Part shown: positions 14,625 through 28,009 of the stretch, piece after piece | Position numbering within the stretch: the stretch's first letter is position 1 | How the letters are laid out: each line of letters begins with the position of its first letter | Assembly: GCF_024502345.1 (NCBI RefSeq) | Contig: NZ_JALDNN010000001.1 | DNA: 64,000 bases | Direction: 5' to 3' (one strand) | Source: Escherichia coli | GTDB taxonomy: Bacteria > Pseudomonadota > Gammaproteobacteria > Enterobacterales > Enterobacteriaceae | The notes under the pieces: generated by a model | The model's input: the letters and a program-made list of their open reading frames with translations, nothing else | Told to the model about the DNA's origin: nothing | The model's database searches: none | Translations under genes and position numbers: made by a program

Positions 14625-15869
14625 ATGGCAACACTAACCACCACCCAAACGTCACCGTCGCTGCTTGGCGGCGTGGTGATTATCGGCGGCACCATTATTG
14701 GCGCAGGGATGTTTTCTCTGCCAGTGGTCATGTCCGGGGCGTGGTTTTTCTGGTCAATGGCGGCGCTGATCTTTACCTGGTTCTGTATGCTGCATTCCGG
14801 CTTGATGATTCTGGAAGCTAACCTGAATTACAGAATCGGTTCGAGTTTTGACACCATCACCAAAGATTTGCTGGGCAAAGGCTGGAACGTGGTCAACGGC
14901 ATTTCCATTGCCTTTGTGCTCTATATCCTGACCTATGCCTATATTTCTGCCAGTGGTTCGATTCTGCATCACACCTTCGCAGAGATGTCACTAAACGTCC
15001 CGGCACGGGCGGCGGGTTTTGGTTTTGCATTGCTGGTAGCGTTTGTGGTGTGGTTGAGCACTAAAGCCGTCAGTCGCATGACAGCGATTGTGCTGGGGGC
15101 GAAAGTCATTACCTTCTTCCTCACCTTTGGTAGCCTGCTGGGGCATGTGCAGCCTGCGACATTGTTCAACGTCGCCGAAAGCAATGCGTCTTATGCACCG
15201 TATCTGTTGATGACCCTGCCGTTCTGTCTGGCATCGTTTGGTTATCACGGTAACGTGCCAAGCCTGATGAAGTATTACGGCAAAGATCCGAAAACCATCG
15301 TGAAATGCCTGGTGTACGGTACGCTGATGGCGCTGGCGCTGTATACCATCTGGTTGCTGGCGACGATGGGTAACATCCCGCGTCCGGAGTTTATCGGTAT
15401 TGCAGAGAAGGGCGGTAATATTGATGTGCTGGTACAGGCGTTAAGCGGCGTACTGAACAGCCGTAGTCTGGATCTGCTGCTGGTCGTGTTCTCAAACTTT
15501 GCGGTAGCGAGTTCGTTCCTCGGCGTAACGCTGGGTTTGTTTGACTATCTGGCAGATCTGTTTGGTTTCGACGACTCGGCTGTGGGCCGCTTGAAAACGG
15601 CATTGCTGACCTTTGCCCCGCCAGTTGTGGGGGGGCTGTTGTTCCCGAACGGATTCCTGTACGCCATTGGTTATGCTGGTTTAGCGGCTACCATCTGGGC
15701 GGCAATTGTTCCGGCGCTGTTAGCCCGTGCATCGCGTAAACGCTTTGGCAGCCCGAAATTCCGCGTCTGGGGTGGCAAGCCGATGATTGCGCTGATTCTG
15801 GTGTTTGGCGTCGGCAACGCACTGGTGCATATTTTATCGAGCTTTAATTTACTGCCGGTGTATCAGTAA
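14625..15869 (+). CDS. mtr: tryptophan-specific permease
   Basis: 414-aa polytopic membrane ORF recognised as Mtr. Confidence 0.9.
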
Positions 15870-15985
15870 TCAGCGGGCCTTATCCGACATTTCTGCTGCC
15901 TACACAATGCCTGATGCGCTTCGCTTATCAGGCCTACGTAGGACAGCGTTGCCAGCTCGGATAAGGCTTCCCGCGTTAAGACACA
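15870..15985. repeat. REP element cluster between mtr and yhbW
   Basis: GCCTGATGCGCTTCGCTTATCAGGCCTAC and CGGATAAGGC palindromic units. Confidence 0.7.
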
Positions 15986-16993
15986 CTATCCCAACAACTC
16001 TTCCTTAACATCCATCGCCAGCTCAAACGAATGCAGGCGCGCCTGGTGGTCGAAAATCTGCCCGTTAACCATAATCTCATCGGCGTCGGTTTCGCGCAGG
16101 ATCGACTGCAAGCCATGACGCACTTTCGCTTTATCGCCCACCAGCGACATACTCAGCGCCTGTTGCACGCCATACTGCTCAGACGGTGACCAGAACTGAT
16201 CCATATTTTGAATCGGCGGCGGCAGTTGCCCGGTTTCGCCACGGCGCAGCTTCACAAAGGCTTGCTGCATTGAGGTAAACAGAAATTCAGCGTCGCGGTT
16301 GCTGTCGGCAGCGATAATATTGATGCACACCATCGCGTATGGTTTTTCCAGTCGTGCCGACGGTTTGAAGTTGCTGCGATAAAGATGCAGCGCCTGGAAC
16401 AACATATCCGGCGCGAAGTGTGAGGCAAACGCAAACGGCAGACCAAGCTGCGCCGCCAGTTGCGCGCTGTAAAGGCTGGAGCCTAACAACCACACGGGGA
16501 TTTTCTCGCCATAGCCTGGTACCGGGCGCACATGCGGATTGGGATCGCGGGCGTCAAACCAGTCCACCAGCTCCGCCACATCGCGGGGGAAATTATCAAT
16601 ATCGCCGCTCATATGACGACGTAGCGCCATCATTGTCCGTTGGTCACTACCCGGAGCACGACCCAGCCCCAAATCGATTCGCCCCGGATAGAGTGTATTA
16701 AGCGTGCCGAACTGTTCTGCAATGACCAACGGTGAGTGGTTAGGCAACATCACGCCGCCAGACCCCAGATGCAGCGTGGTGGTATTCGCCGCCAGATAGC
16801 CAATCAATACCGACGTGGCAGCACTGGCAATGCCAGTCATATTGTGGTGTTCTGCCAGCCAGTAGCGATGATAGCCGCGCTTTTCAGCCAGACGGGCGAG
16901 ATCGAGAGAGTGGGAGAATGCTTCTCGCGCTGAAGAACCTTCGGGAATGGGGGCCAGATCGAGTAGCGAAAACGCAATGGTTTTATCAGTCAT
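15986..16993 (-). CDS. yhbW: luciferase-like (LLM-family) monooxygenase
   Basis: 335-aa ORF; recognised as YhbW. Confidence 0.85.
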   Translation of the reverse strand: MTDKTIAFSLLDLAPIPEGSSAREAFSHSLDLARLAEKRGYHRYWLAEHHNMTGIASAATSVLIGYLAANTTTLHLGSGGVMLPNHSPLVIAEQFGTLNTLYPGRIDLGLGRAPGSDQRTMMALRRHMSGDIDNFPRDVAELVDWFDARDPNPHVRPVPGYGEKIPVWLLGSSLYSAQLAAQLGLPFAFASHFAPDMLFQALHLYRSNFKPSARLEKPYAMVCINIIAADSNRDAEFLFTSMQQAFVKLRRGETGQLPPPIQNMDQFWSPSEQYGVQQALSMSLVGDKAKVRHGLQSILRETDADEIMVNGQIFDHQARLHSFELAMDVKEELLG

Positions 16994-17073
16994 AACAGCT
17001 CACTTTGTTACCGATTAATCTTTAATACTGCATTAAAGAGTAGTTAAAGTTGTTAACAAAGTGAGCTATTTAC

Positions 17074-17952
17074 TTAGGCTTGCAGCTCCAGTCCTGCCAG
17101 CCGCCACCAGTAGCCGTTACAGTCGCTGTTCGCCGTCAACGGCAGTGGTGCAGCGCCATTTTCATTAGCGCGGAAGGCGTCGAGCATCGCGAAAGTGTCA
17201 GTACCCTGCGGTGACAGGCGGACCACATCAACCAGGCCCTGCATGGATGCCAGCTCGTTACCGAGGTTGTAAACGTAGCCGCTCATGGTCTGAATGCCAT
17301 TGAGTACAAACACTTGTTGGTTTTCCTGCGACAGCACGTTGCGCCCGTTCGGATACTTAATGCAGCAGGTTTCACACTCATCTTTCGGGCGGTCTTCCGA
17401 ACGCGCGGTAAAGCAGCGAGCGGAGTAGGCCAGCGGTAGATGACCGTAGCTCAGGACTTCCACTTCAAACTGGTTGCGAATGCCCAGCTCATCGCACTGA
17501 TTAAGCAGATTCACCAGCCAGTCGCGGGAAAGCTCCACCGGCATACACCAGCGCATCATGCCCTGTTTGAGCAATATTTTCAGCGTCACCGCGTTATAGC
17601 AGTTCAGCGCGTGTCCGGCGACGAACGGCAGTTTGCGTTCAGCGCACATATTCACCACGCCGAGATCGCTGGCTTCAATCAGAAACTCACCGTTCTCAAC
17701 ATAGCGTTTCAGTTCGCCCAGTTCAGATGATGCCTGCACCAGCGCCAGCGTGGAGAGCACTATCTGCTTACCACTTCCGGCGAGCGATTTTGCCATCTCC
17801 AGCCAGTCGCCAACTTTGGTTGCCCGGCGCTTGCTGCAAACCGCTTCGCCAAGATAAATCACGTCGGCGCTGCTGGTGGCGGCCTGCTGATAAAAATCTT
17901 CCAGCGTCTCTTTTGGCCAGTACCACAGCACTGGCCCTAAGGAATATTTCAT
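17074..17952 (-). CDS. ubiV: U32-family protein UbiV (O2-independent ubiquinone biosynthesis)
   Basis: ORF recognised as YhbV; start trimmed to MKYSLGPVLWYW. Confidence 0.8.
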   Translation of the reverse strand: MKYSLGPVLWYWPKETLEDFYQQAATSSADVIYLGEAVCSKRRATKVGDWLEMAKSLAGSGKQIVLSTLALVQASSELGELKRYVENGEFLIEASDLGVVNMCAERKLPFVAGHALNCYNAVTLKILLKQGMMRWCMPVELSRDWLVNLLNQCDELGIRNQFEVEVLSYGHLPLAYSARCFTARSEDRPKDECETCCIKYPNGRNVLSQENQQVFVLNGIQTMSGYVYNLGNELASMQGLVDVVRLSPQGTDTFAMLDAFRANENGAAPLPLTANSDCNGYWWRLAGLELQA

Positions 17953-17960
17953 TGATCTTC

Positions 17961-18956
17961 TCACTGCCATTTACGGTGATACGCGCCAAGGGTGGTCTGC
18001 GTGCCTTCGGACATCGACCCGAGCGTCTCCATCCACGCGCTTTGCGGTACGAAGTTTTGCGGATCGGCCTTACAACGGTCGATAGCCTGACGCCAGACTT
18101 TCGCCACTTGGCTGACATACGCCGGGCTACGCTGGCGGCCTTCAATTTTCACCGAAGCGATATTCGACGCCATTAACTCCGGCAGCAGTTCCAGGGTATT
18201 GAGACTGGTTGGTTCTTCCAGCGCGTGATAGCGCTCGCCGTCCACCAGATAACGCCCTTTACACAACGTCGGATAACCTGCGTTTTCGCCGTCCTGATAA
18301 CGGTCGATCAGCACTTCGTTCAGGCGGGATTCCAGCCCCTGCGGCGTTTGCTGCCAGCGCACGAAACGGGCCGGAGAACACGCACCTACAGTGTTGGGCG
18401 ACTCACCCGTCAGATACGACGACAGATAGCAACGGCCTTCCGACATAATGCACAGGCTGCCAAAAGCAAAGACTTCCAGCGGGACAGGTGTGACCCGTGC
18501 CAGCTGTTTCACCTGATGAATCGACAACACGCGCGGCAGCACCACGCGGGCAACGTCAAAATGGCGATGATAAAAGTTAATCGCCTCTTCATTGGTCGCC
18601 GAAGCCTGCACTGACACATGACGCTCAATATGCGGGTAACGCTCGGCGGCGTACTCCAGCATGGCGAGGTCGGCGAGGATCAGCGCGTCGGCACCCAGCT
18701 GCGCCGCCATATCCACGGCGCGCTGCCAACGCGCGTAACCGTCCGGATGCGCAAAAGTGTTAATCGCGATGTGAAGTTTGCGGCGATGTTGATGGACAAA
18801 ACTCACCGCTTCCTGCAATTTTTTCTCGGTAAAGTTAAGGCCGGCGAAGTGACGGGCATTGGTATCATCTTTTAGCCCGATATAAACAGCATCTGCGCCG
18901 TTTTCGATGGCCGCCTTAAGCGCCGGGAGATTTCCGGCAGGGCAGAGCAGCTCCAT
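17961..18956 (-). CDS. ubiU: U32-family protein UbiU (O2-independent ubiquinone biosynthesis)
   Basis: ORF recognised as YhbU; start trimmed to MELLCPAGNLP. Confidence 0.8.
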   Translation of the reverse strand: MELLCPAGNLPALKAAIENGADAVYIGLKDDTNARHFAGLNFTEKKLQEAVSFVHQHRRKLHIAINTFAHPDGYARWQRAVDMAAQLGADALILADLAMLEYAAERYPHIERHVSVQASATNEEAINFYHRHFDVARVVLPRVLSIHQVKQLARVTPVPLEVFAFGSLCIMSEGRCYLSSYLTGESPNTVGACSPARFVRWQQTPQGLESRLNEVLIDRYQDGENAGYPTLCKGRYLVDGERYHALEEPTSLNTLELLPELMASNIASVKIEGRQRSPAYVSQVAKVWRQAIDRCKADPQNFVPQSAWMETLGSMSEGTQTTLGAYHRKWQ

Positions 18957-19164
18957 AATTTTTCCTGAAGGTTGCGCTATCAAAACGCAAAAATGTTAAC
19001 GAACTGGGATTTTAGTTAACCTTGCTGCGACAATTTTTGATTTAAGGCAGTTAAAGTTGTATTGGTGGTAGCAGCAATTTCATATGGAATTGTTGATTTA
19101 TACCGCTATGTTATTTTTCTGATATGGCAAAATAGGATGATTGTTGAAACAGGGAGTAAAACTC

Positions 19165-19689
19165 GTGTTGGATAAACTGCGTTCCCGCATTGTGCATTTG
19201 GGACCATCTCTGTTGAGTGTACCGGTAAAACTGACGCCATTTGCGCTAAAACGCCAGGTTCTTGAGCAGGTCTTAAGCTGGCAATTCCGCCAGGCGCTGG
19301 ATGATGGTGAGCTGGAGTTCCTTGAAGGCCGCTGGTTAAGTATTCATGTGCGTGATATTGACCTGCAATGGTTTACCTCGGTGGTGAATGGCAAACTGGT
19401 GGTCAGCCAGAACGCGCAAGCTGATGTGAGTTTTAGTGCCGACGCCAGCGATCTGCTGATGATTGCGGCGCGTAAACAAGATCCGGATACGCTCTTCTTC
19501 CAGCGTCGGCTGGTGATTGAAGGCGATACGGAACTGGGGCTGTATGTGAAAAACCTGATGGACGCCATTGAACTGGAGCAAATGCCGAAAGCCTTACGCA
19601 TGATGCTGCTGCAACTGGCGGATTTTGTTGAGGCGGGAATGAAAACCGCGCCTGAAACCAAACAGACATCGGTAGGTGAACCATGCTAA
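19165..19689 (+). CDS. ubiT: SCP2-domain lipid carrier UbiT
   Basis: ORF recognised as YhbT; GTG start assumed; divergent from ubiUV. Confidence 0.75.
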   Translation: MLDKLRSRIVHLGPSLLSVPVKLTPFALKRQVLEQVLSWQFRQALDDGELEFLEGRWLSIHVRDIDLQWFTSVVNGKLVVSQNAQADVSFSADASDLLMIAARKQDPDTLFFQRRLVIEGDTELGLYVKNLMDAIELEQMPKALRMMLLQLADFVEAGMKTAPETKQTSVGEPC

Positions 19690-20186
19690 TTCGAGTAGAA
19701 ATTCCCATTGATGCGCCGGGTATTGATGCCCTGCTGCGTCGTTCATTCGAAAGTGATGCGGAAGCGAAGCTGGTTCACGATCTGCGTGAAGATGGCTTTC
19801 TGACGCTGGGGCTGGTGGCGACAGATGACGAAGGTCAGGTCATTGGCTATGTGGCATTTAGTCCGGTTGATGTGCAGGGCGAAGACCTGCAATGGGTCGG
19901 CATGGCACCGTTGGCGGTTGATGAAAAATACCGTGGACAGGGGCTGGCACGCCAACTGGTCTATGAAGGACTCGATTCGCTTAATGAGTTCGGCTATGCC
20001 GCAGTGGTGACGCTGGGCGATCCGGCGCTGTACAGCCGTTTTGGCTTTGAACTGGCGGCACATCACGATCTGCGTTGCCGCTGGCCGGGCACTGAAAGCG
20101 CCTTCCAGGTACATCGTTTAGCGGATGACGCGTTGAATGGCGTAACTGGTCTGGTTGAGTATCACGAGCATTTCAATCGCTTTTAA
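19683..20186 (+). CDS. yhbS: GNAT-family N-acetyltransferase
   Basis: 167-aa ORF recognised as YhbS. Confidence 0.85.
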   Translation: MLIRVEIPIDAPGIDALLRRSFESDAEAKLVHDLREDGFLTLGLVATDDEGQVIGYVAFSPVDVQGEDLQWVGMAPLAVDEKYRGQGLARQLVYEGLDSLNEFGYAAVVTLGDPALYSRFGFELAAHHDLRCRWPGTESAFQVHRLADDALNGVTGLVEYHEHFNRF

Positions 20187-20475
20187 TCTCCGGGGTTTGC
20201 AGACTGCTTAACAGCTCTGCAAACCCTGCGCCTTCCGCTACCAGACGCTCTTTTTGCCGTTTGGTCAGTTGCTTAACGCGATATTCCGCCCGTAACGCCA
20301 GCGAACGATCGCCCACTGGCGCAGAAAACGCCAGCGTCAGTTCTCCTTTCCCGCGCAGTGCTTTCGCCCCTTTGCCGCTTTGGTGCTGCTGATAGCGGCG
20401 TTCGACATCCGTGGTGATCCCGGTATAAAGCTTATTGTCGGCGGTACGGATCAAGTAAAGAAACCAGGGTGCCAT
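20173..20475 (-). CDS. yhbQ: GIY-YIG domain nuclease
   Basis: 100-aa ORF with GIY...YTG motif ([18 protein letters not shown]). Confidence 0.85.
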   Translation of the reverse strand: MAPWFLYLIRTADNKLYTGITTDVERRYQQHQSGKGAKALRGKGELTLAFSAPVGDRSLALRAEYRVKQLTKRQKERLVAEGAGFAELLSSLQTPEIKSD

Positions 20476-20525
20476 CGTCTGCGTCGCATGTTAAGGTCAG
20501 GCCCACAGTATAAAAGAGAACAGCA

Positions 20526-20948
20526 ATGGAAACACTCATCACCATCAGCCGTTGGTTGGCAAAACAACATGTTGTCACCTGGTGTGTGCAGCAGGAAGGG
20601 GAACTCTGGTGCGCCAATGCCTTTTATCTTTTTGATGCACAGAAAGTCGCCTTCTACATTTTGACGGAAGAAAAAACACGTCATGCGCAGATGAGTGGGC
20701 CGCAGGCGGCAGTTGCCGGAACGGTAAACGGTCAGCCGAAAACGGTAGCGTTAATTCGCGGCGTGCAGTTTAAAGGCGAGATCCACAGGCTGGAAGGTGA
20801 GGAAAGCGACCTCGCACGCCAGGCGTACAATCGTCGCTTTCCGGTTGCCAGAATGCTGTCGGCTCCGGTGTGGGAAATCCGGCTCGATGAAATCAAATTC
20901 ACCGACAACACGCTGGGCTTTGGTAAAAAAATGATTTGGCTACGCGGC

Positions 20949-20969
<21 letters not shown>
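20526..20969 (+). CDS. yhbP: UPF0306 protein YhbP
   Basis: 147-aa ORF recognised as YhbP. Confidence 0.85.
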
Positions 20970-22230
<1,261 letters not shown>

Positions 22231-22302
22231 TTATTCCCAAGAATTGATAGTGAGCGTAATATTCACGCGCTCAATTATCATAACTTATTCCTGGGGAATG
22301 CT

Positions 22303-23343
22303 ATGACTGGTCAGTCTTCATCTCAGGCGGCAACGCCCATTCAGTGGTGGAAACCCGCGCTTTTCTTTCTCGTTGTCATTGCCGGTCTCTGGTATGTGAA
22401 ATGGCAACCTTACTACGGCAAAGCGTTTACTGCAGCCGAAACCCACAGTATCGGTAAATCTATCCTTGCGCAGGCGGATGCTAATCCATGGCAGGCGGCG
22501 TTGGATTACGCGATGATCTATTTCCTCGCGGTATGGAAAGCGGCGGTGCTGGGGGTGATCCTCGGTTCGTTGATTCAGGTGCTGATCCCGCGTGGCTGGT
22601 TGTTGCGTACGCTTGGGCAATCGCGCTTTCGCGGCACGCTGCTGGGAACGCTGTTTTCACTGCCGGGCATGATGTGTACCTGCTGTGCGGCTCCGGTCGC
22701 GGCGGGAATGCGTCGCCAACAGGTGTCGATGGGCGGTGCGCTGGCATTCTGGATGGGGAATCCGTTGTTAAACCCGGCGACGCTGGTGTTTATGGGTTTT
22801 GTCCTCGGTTGGCAATTTGCCGCGATTCGTCTGGTGGCGGGCCTGGTGATGGTGTTGCTGATTGCGACGCTGGTGCAAAAATGGGTGCGTGAAACACCGC
22901 AAACGCAGGCACCGGTCGAAATTGACATACCGGAAGCACAGGGCGGATTTTTTAGCCGCTGGGGCAGGGCGCTATGGACGCTTTTCTGGAGTACGATCCC
23001 GGTTTACATCCTTGCAGTACTGGTGTTGGGTGCCGCTCGCGTCTGGTTATTCCCCCATGCCGATGGTGCTGTCGATAACAGCCTGATGTGGGTGGTGGCG
23101 ATGGCGGTAGCAGGATGCTTGTTTGTCATTCCCACGGCAGCAGAAATTCCGATTGTACAAACGATGATGCTGGCAGGTATGGGAACTGCTCCGGCGCTGG
23201 CATTGTTGATGACGCTCCCGGCGGTGAGTTTGCCGTCACTGATTATGCTGCGCAAAGCGTTCCCGGCGAAAGCCTTATGGCTGACAGGGGCGATGGTGGC
23301 AGTGTCAGGCGTGATTGTCGGCGGGCTGGCGCTGTTATTCTGA
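22303..23343 (+). CDS. yraQ: predicted permease (UPF0718)
   Basis: 346-aa polytopic membrane ORF recognised as YraQ. Confidence 0.85.
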   Translation: MTGQSSSQAATPIQWWKPALFFLVVIAGLWYVKWQPYYGKAFTAAETHSIGKSILAQADANPWQAALDYAMIYFLAVWKAAVLGVILGSLIQVLIPRGWLLRTLGQSRFRGTLLGTLFSLPGMMCTCCAAPVAAGMRRQQVSMGGALAFWMGNPLLNPATLVFMGFVLGWQFAAIRLVAGLVMVLLIATLVQKWVRETPQTQAPVEIDIPEAQGGFFSRWGRALWTLFWSTIPVYILAVLVLGAARVWLFPHADGAVDNSLMWVVAMAVAGCLFVIPTAAEIPIVQTMMLAGMGTAPALALLMTLPAVSLPSLIMLRKAFPAKALWLTGAMVAVSGVIVGGLALLF

Positions 23344-23349
23344 TTTGAG

Positions 23350-23455
23350 GGAAAACATGTCGGATGCGGCGTAAACGCCTTATCCGACCTACGGTTTGCA
23401 TCGTTGTAGGCCTGATAAGACGCGGCAAGCGTCGCATCAGGCATTACAAGGGGCT
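23350..23455. repeat. REP element cluster between yraQ and dolP
   Basis: GTCGGATGCGGCGTAAACGCCTTATCCGAC and GCCTGATAAGACGCG...CGCATCAGGC palindromes. Confidence 0.7.
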
Positions 23456-23456
23456 G

Positions 23457-24032
23457 CTATTTAATAAACGTAAACGCCGTAGTTACCCGCTTCACGCCGC
23501 TCACCCGGCTGGCAATATCTGCCGCCGCTTTCGCTTCACGTTCAGTCACCAGCCCCATCAGGAACACTTCACCGTTTTCGGTGGTCACTTTCACGTTGGA
23601 CGATTTCACCAGGTCGCTGGTTAAGAGCTGCGAACGCACTTTGGTGGTGATCCACGTATCATTAGACGCTTCGCCCAGACCAATCGGCTGGCCCTGACGA
23701 ATCTCGTTATACACTTCGTTGGCACCGTCTACGCCCATAGCAATCTGTTTGGCGCGAGCCGAAAGTTCAGCGTTTGGTGACTGCCCAACCAGCAGCACTT
23801 TGCCCTGATAGGCCGTTACATTAATGCGCGCTTCTTTCTTAATCTGTTCGTCTTTCGACAATGCGCTGTTCACGCGCACTTCCAGGGTACCATCGTCCAC
23901 CTGGGTGCCGACACTGCGTGGGTCAGTTGCGGCTTTGGTACCCACAGCAGCGGTACCCACTACGGCAGCGGCAACACAACCTTGCAACAGCAGCGCGGAA
24001 ATAAGGACTGCGATTGGCGATAATGCCTTCAT
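23457..24032 (-). CDS. dolP: outer-membrane lipoprotein DolP (dual BON domain)
   Basis: 191-aa ORF with lipobox (LLQGC); recognised as YraP. Confidence 0.85.
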   Translation of the reverse strand: MKALSPIAVLISALLLQGCVAAAVVGTAAVGTKAATDPRSVGTQVDDGTLEVRVNSALSKDEQIKKEARINVTAYQGKVLLVGQSPNAELSARAKQIAMGVDGANEVYNEIRQGQPIGLGEASNDTWITTKVRSQLLTSDLVKSSNVKVTTENGEVFLMGLVTEREAKAAADIASRVSGVKRVTTAFTFIK

Positions 24033-24041
24033 GTATTCTCC

Positions 24042-24632
24042 TTAATCATCCTGGTGAGGGAAAAGCGTGTTATCGATCAGATCGCACAGGCAATTTACCG
24101 TCAGCATATGCATTTCCTGAATGCGAGTACTACGATGCGAAGGAATGCGGATCTCCACATCCTGTGGCCCTAACAAACCTGCAAGTTCACCGCCGTCATA
24201 GCCGGTCAATGCCACAATGGTCATATCACGCGTAACGGCAGCTTCTACCGCTTTTACAATATCGCGGCTGTTGCCACGGGTAGAAATGGCTAACAATACA
24301 TCTCCCGCATGACCCAGCGCCCGCACCTGTTTTGCATACACTTCATCATGTAAGCGATCGTTGGCAATCGCCGTTAAGACAACATTATCAGTATTTAGTG
24401 CAATGGCAGGTAAGCTGGGCCGCTCCGTTTCGAAACGGTTGATCATGCTGGCAGCAAAATGCTGTGCATTGGCAGCGGAAGTTCCATTACCACAACAGAG
24501 GATTTTGTTGCCATTGAGCAGAGACTGAACCAGCGTCATGGCCGCACGGGAGATGGCATCCGGAAGCGCCTCTGCCGCCGCAATTTGAGTTTGAATGCTT
24601 TCAGTGAAGCAAGCTTTAATTCTTTCTTGCAC
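24042..24632 (-). CDS. diaA: DnaA initiator-associating protein DiaA (SIS domain)
   Basis: 196-aa ORF recognised as DiaA. Confidence 0.9.
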   Translation of the reverse strand: MQERIKACFTESIQTQIAAAEALPDAISRAAMTLVQSLLNGNKILCCGNGTSAANAQHFAASMINRFETERPSLPAIALNTDNVVLTAIANDRLHDEVYAKQVRALGHAGDVLLAISTRGNSRDIVKAVEAAVTRDMTIVALTGYDGGELAGLLGPQDVEIRIPSHRSTRIQEMHMLTVNCLCDLIDNTLFPHQDD

Positions 24633-24651
24633 GCTAATCCTTAAACCTTAA

Positions 24652-25047
24652 TTATGAGTGGTCATTAAAGGCATCCTTAATCCACTCAACCTCATTCCCG
24701 GTGAAGGCTACCACATCGAACCGGCAATCCACAGTATCAAAACTCCCATTATGACGCGCGAGCCACAAGCGGGCAGTCTGTAATAATTTGTGTTGTTTGC
24801 TGCGGGTCACACTGGCTGCCGCGCCGCCATAAAGCGCAGAGCGGCGATAGCGTACCTCGACAAAAACGGTGGTCCGGCCTTCACGCATTATCAGATCGAT
24901 CTCGCCGCCACGCTCGTTCACGTTAGCGGCGATAAACCGCAGTCCTTTGCCTTCCAGCCAGCGAAGCGCTTGTGCTTCCCACGCATCGCCGGTCTGTTTG
25001 GTGGTTAACTGGCGGGGACTACCTGACCTTGTTGGTACTGTAGCCAT
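24652..25047 (-). CDS. yraN: UPF0102 protein YraN
   Basis: 131-aa ORF recognised as YraN. Confidence 0.85.
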   Translation of the reverse strand: MATVPTRSGSPRQLTTKQTGDAWEAQALRWLEGKGLRFIAANVNERGGEIDLIMREGRTTVFVEVRYRRSALYGGAAASVTRSKQHKLLQTARLWLARHNGSFDTVDCRFDVVAFTGNEVEWIKDAFNDHS

Positions 25048-27041
25048 GATAACTTCCTGTTAATCACGCAATCCGGGTTTGCCGTCAGGCTTCCGGTATT
25101 ACCGTTGATTTCAAAACCCTGAACCTGGCGCATTTGTGAGAAATGATTTGCCAGCGACCAGGCATCGACGCCCATCGCATACATGCGAGCCAGTGAATAA
25201 TCGTTATTCACCGCGCTGAGTGCCTGCTGCATTAACGGCAGATTACCGCCCGCCAGCATCGGGATTTCGCTGTACTGCAAACCTTCCATCTCCAGACGGA
25301 AATCCGGGCCTGCGGTGCCTTGTGCGCTGCGGGAGCTGGCGTACAGCATTGCACCGCTCTGGCTACCGTTACGCATGGCGATCATCGGTTTGATAAAAGC
25401 GATTTCACCCGGCGTTGCCACAATGTACACCGCATCGACACGACCGCCATTATTGGTGAACTGGTCATCGGTTGGCGTGGTTTGCAGCGTTGGATTGTTG
25501 GTCGTCATACCGGAGTCGGTTGTCGCTCTGGGAGTAATCGGTGTACCCGTTAAAGCGATACCAGAACCGCCGTTAACACCCGCGCGTAATTCGCTGGTGG
25601 AACCAAATTTTTGTTGCAGAACGGTGCCGCCGCCCAGTTTCTGCCACTCTTGCGCAAACGCATTGGCTACGCGATCGCCCAATGAACTGCGTGGGATCAG
25701 CACCAGCGGCGCTTGTTTACCCTGGTCACGAATATGACGCGCTGCATCGCGCGCTTCGTCTTCCGGTGAAAGCGCGAAGTAACAAATATTGACGCGGTTT
25801 TCGATATTCTCCGGCTGGTTCAGTGCCAGTACGTTCAGCGGGGTGTTGCTCTTCAGCAACTCTTCAACGTTATTTTTCAGCAACGGACCAACCACAATAC
25901 TCGCGCCATCCTGCTGAACCTGGCTTAAGATCTGGCTAAGTGGTTGTGATGAGGTATCGTAGATTTTCAGCTCTGCGGATGGATTTGCGGGTGCGCTTAC
26001 CGCTGCGGTGCTTGTGGCCGGGGCGCTTACAGGCACCGGCTGGGCCGCAGGCTGTTCACCGGTCAGATCGCTAACCGAGGCTTGTGCCGGGCTGGCAACG
26101 CCATCCACGGTTTGCGGCTGAGGTTGTTCAGCTACGTCTGCGGCAGGTGCGGCAGCTACCTGAGCCGCCACTGGCTGAGTGCCGATATTTTTCGCCGCTT
26201 CAAAGCCTTGCTGAATAGTGCGACCAAATACCGCTGCCTGGCCATTCAGCGGCAACAGCAGGGCGATTTTGTTGGTCGAGGCTGGTTTAAACGCTTTTAC
26301 GTTAACCAACTGCGTTGGCAGCATTTTCGCGCCCGGATTGTTCGGATAACGTTTTTGCCAGTCGGCGATCCCGGCTTTCATCATGTCGGGATCGTTACGG
26401 TTATCAAACCAGACGCGCTGCAGATCCAGCCAGCCTTGCAGAATATTTTCGTCGGCGTTGATCACCAGCGTATTCGCCTGTTCCTGAGTCATGGAGGAGA
26501 GCGCCTGCCAGGTGGCATCAATATTCTGCTGTTTTTCTTTCGCGCCGAGCAGCGGTTCCTGAGCAATTAACGCGCGCAGTAAATCAATGGAAGGACGCCC
26601 CTGGCTGGCATCGATTTTTGCCTGCCAGTAACGCGCTTGCTGGTTTTGTTCTAAATCGGCAGGTGTGATTTTCGCCAGCAAGTTTTGCGCGCCAGCAAAA
26701 TCTTTCTGCGCCAGTTTAATCTCTACCGCCAGCAGTGTTTTCTCGCGACGCTGAGAATCGTTCAGTTCTTGCGGTAGTTGGTTAAACAACTCAACCGCCT
26801 GCCCGGTTTTACCTTCTTTCACCAGTGCACGAATGGCGAGTAATTGCCAGTTGATCCTGGTATCATCAGAGCTTTGCTGCATCTGCTGAAGATAAAAGGC
26901 AGAATCAGCCTGCGCCGTGCCCTGCATATAAGCAGTGGACTGATCGGGAGTATGGGTGCCACAACCGGCGAAAATCAGGGCTGCCAGAACAACAGGCAGA
27001 CAACGCGCGGCTTTCAAACGAGAAAATGTTGAGGGTACCAT
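25005..27041 (-). CDS. lpoA: penicillin-binding protein activator LpoA
   Basis: 678-aa ORF with lipobox (IFAGC) recognised as LpoA. Confidence 0.9.
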   Translation of the reverse strand: MVPSTFSRLKAARCLPVVLAALIFAGCGTHTPDQSTAYMQGTAQADSAFYLQQMQQSSDDTRINWQLLAIRALVKEGKTGQAVELFNQLPQELNDSQRREKTLLAVEIKLAQKDFAGAQNLLAKITPADLEQNQQARYWQAKIDASQGRPSIDLLRALIAQEPLLGAKEKQQNIDATWQALSSMTQEQANTLVINADENILQGWLDLQRVWFDNRNDPDMMKAGIADWQKRYPNNPGAKMLPTQLVNVKAFKPASTNKIALLLPLNGQAAVFGRTIQQGFEAAKNIGTQPVAAQVAAAPAADVAEQPQPQTVDGVASPAQASVSDLTGEQPAAQPVPVSAPATSTAAVSAPANPSAELKIYDTSSQPLSQILSQVQQDGASIVVGPLLKNNVEELLKSNTPLNVLALNQPENIENRVNICYFALSPEDEARDAARHIRDQGKQAPLVLIPRSSLGDRVANAFAQEWQKLGGGTVLQQKFGSTSELRAGVNGGSGIALTGTPITPRATTDSGMTTNNPTLQTTPTDDQFTNNGGRVDAVYIVATPGEIAFIKPMIAMRNGSQSGAMLYASSRSAQGTAGPDFRLEMEGLQYSEIPMLAGGNLPLMQQALSAVNNDYSLARMYAMGVDAWSLANHFSQMRQVQGFEINGNTGSLTANPDCVINRKLSWLQYQQGQVVPAS

Positions 27042-27104
27042 AATGTATCCAGTGATATTTTTTTACGCAATGCTCAATATTAAATCGGCAATACGGACGA
27101 CACA

Positions 27105-27965
27105 ATGAAACAACACCAATCGGCGGATAATTCTCAGGGCCAGCTTTACATTGTACCGACGCCAATCGGCAATCTGGCGGATATCACCCAGCGTGCGTTA
27201 GAGGTATTACAGGCCGTTGATCTGATTGCCGCCGAGGATACTCGTCACACCGGTTTATTGCTGCAACATTTTGGGATTAATGCCCGGTTGTTTGCGCTGC
27301 ACGACCATAACGAACAACAAAAAGCCGAAACGCTGCTGGCGAAGCTGCAAGAGGGGCAAAACATTGCGCTGGTTTCCGATGCCGGAACGCCGCTAATTAA
27401 CGATCCTGGCTACCATCTGGTGCGTACCTGCCGTGAAGCGGGGATTTGCGTGGTGCCGCTACCCGGGCCGTGTGCTGCTATCACTGCGTTAAGCGCCGCG
27501 GGTTTACCCTCTGACCGTTTCTGTTACGAAGGCTTTTTACCTGCCAAATCAAAAGGCCGCCGTGATGCGCTAAAAGCCATTGAAGCGGAGCCGCGCACGC
27601 TGATTTTTTATGAATCCACCCACCGTCTGTTAGATAGCCTGGAAGATATCGTTGCGGTATTAGGCGAATCCCGCTACGTGGTTCTGGCGCGTGAGCTGAC
27701 CAAAACCTGGGAAACCATTCACGGCGCGCCCGTTGGCGAGCTGCTGGCGTGGGTAAAAGAAGATGAAAACCGTCGCAAAGGCGAAATGGTGCTGATTATC
27801 GAAGGTCATAAAGCACAGGAAGAAGACTTACCCGCCGATGCCCTGCGCACGCTGGCGCTGCTACAGGCAGAACTGCCGTTGAAAAAAGCGGCGGCGCTGG
27901 CGGCAGAAATTCACGGCGTGAAGAAAAATGCGCTGTATAAGTATGCGCTGGAGCAGCAGGGGTAA
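27105..27965 (+). CDS. rsmI: 16S rRNA 2'-O-methyltransferase RsmI
   Basis: 286-aa ORF recognised as RsmI. Confidence 0.9.
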   Translation: MKQHQSADNSQGQLYIVPTPIGNLADITQRALEVLQAVDLIAAEDTRHTGLLLQHFGINARLFALHDHNEQQKAETLLAKLQEGQNIALVSDAGTPLINDPGYHLVRTCREAGICVVPLPGPCAAITALSAAGLPSDRFCYEGFLPAKSKGRRDALKAIEAEPRTLIFYESTHRLLDSLEDIVAVLGESRYVVLARELTKTWETIHGAPVGELLAWVKEDENRRKGEMVLIIEGHKAQEEDLPADALRTLALLQAELPLKKAAALAAEIHGVKKNALYKYALEQQG

Positions 27966-27975
27966 GAGTGCCGAA

Positions 27976-28009
27976 GCGTTGCGTTAATCAAAACGCAACG
28001 TCTTCTTTT
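27976..28009. terminator. hairpin between convergent rsmI and yraK (likely bidirectional terminator)
   Basis: gcgttgcgttaatcaaaacgcaacg inverted repeat followed by T-rich run. Confidence 0.5.
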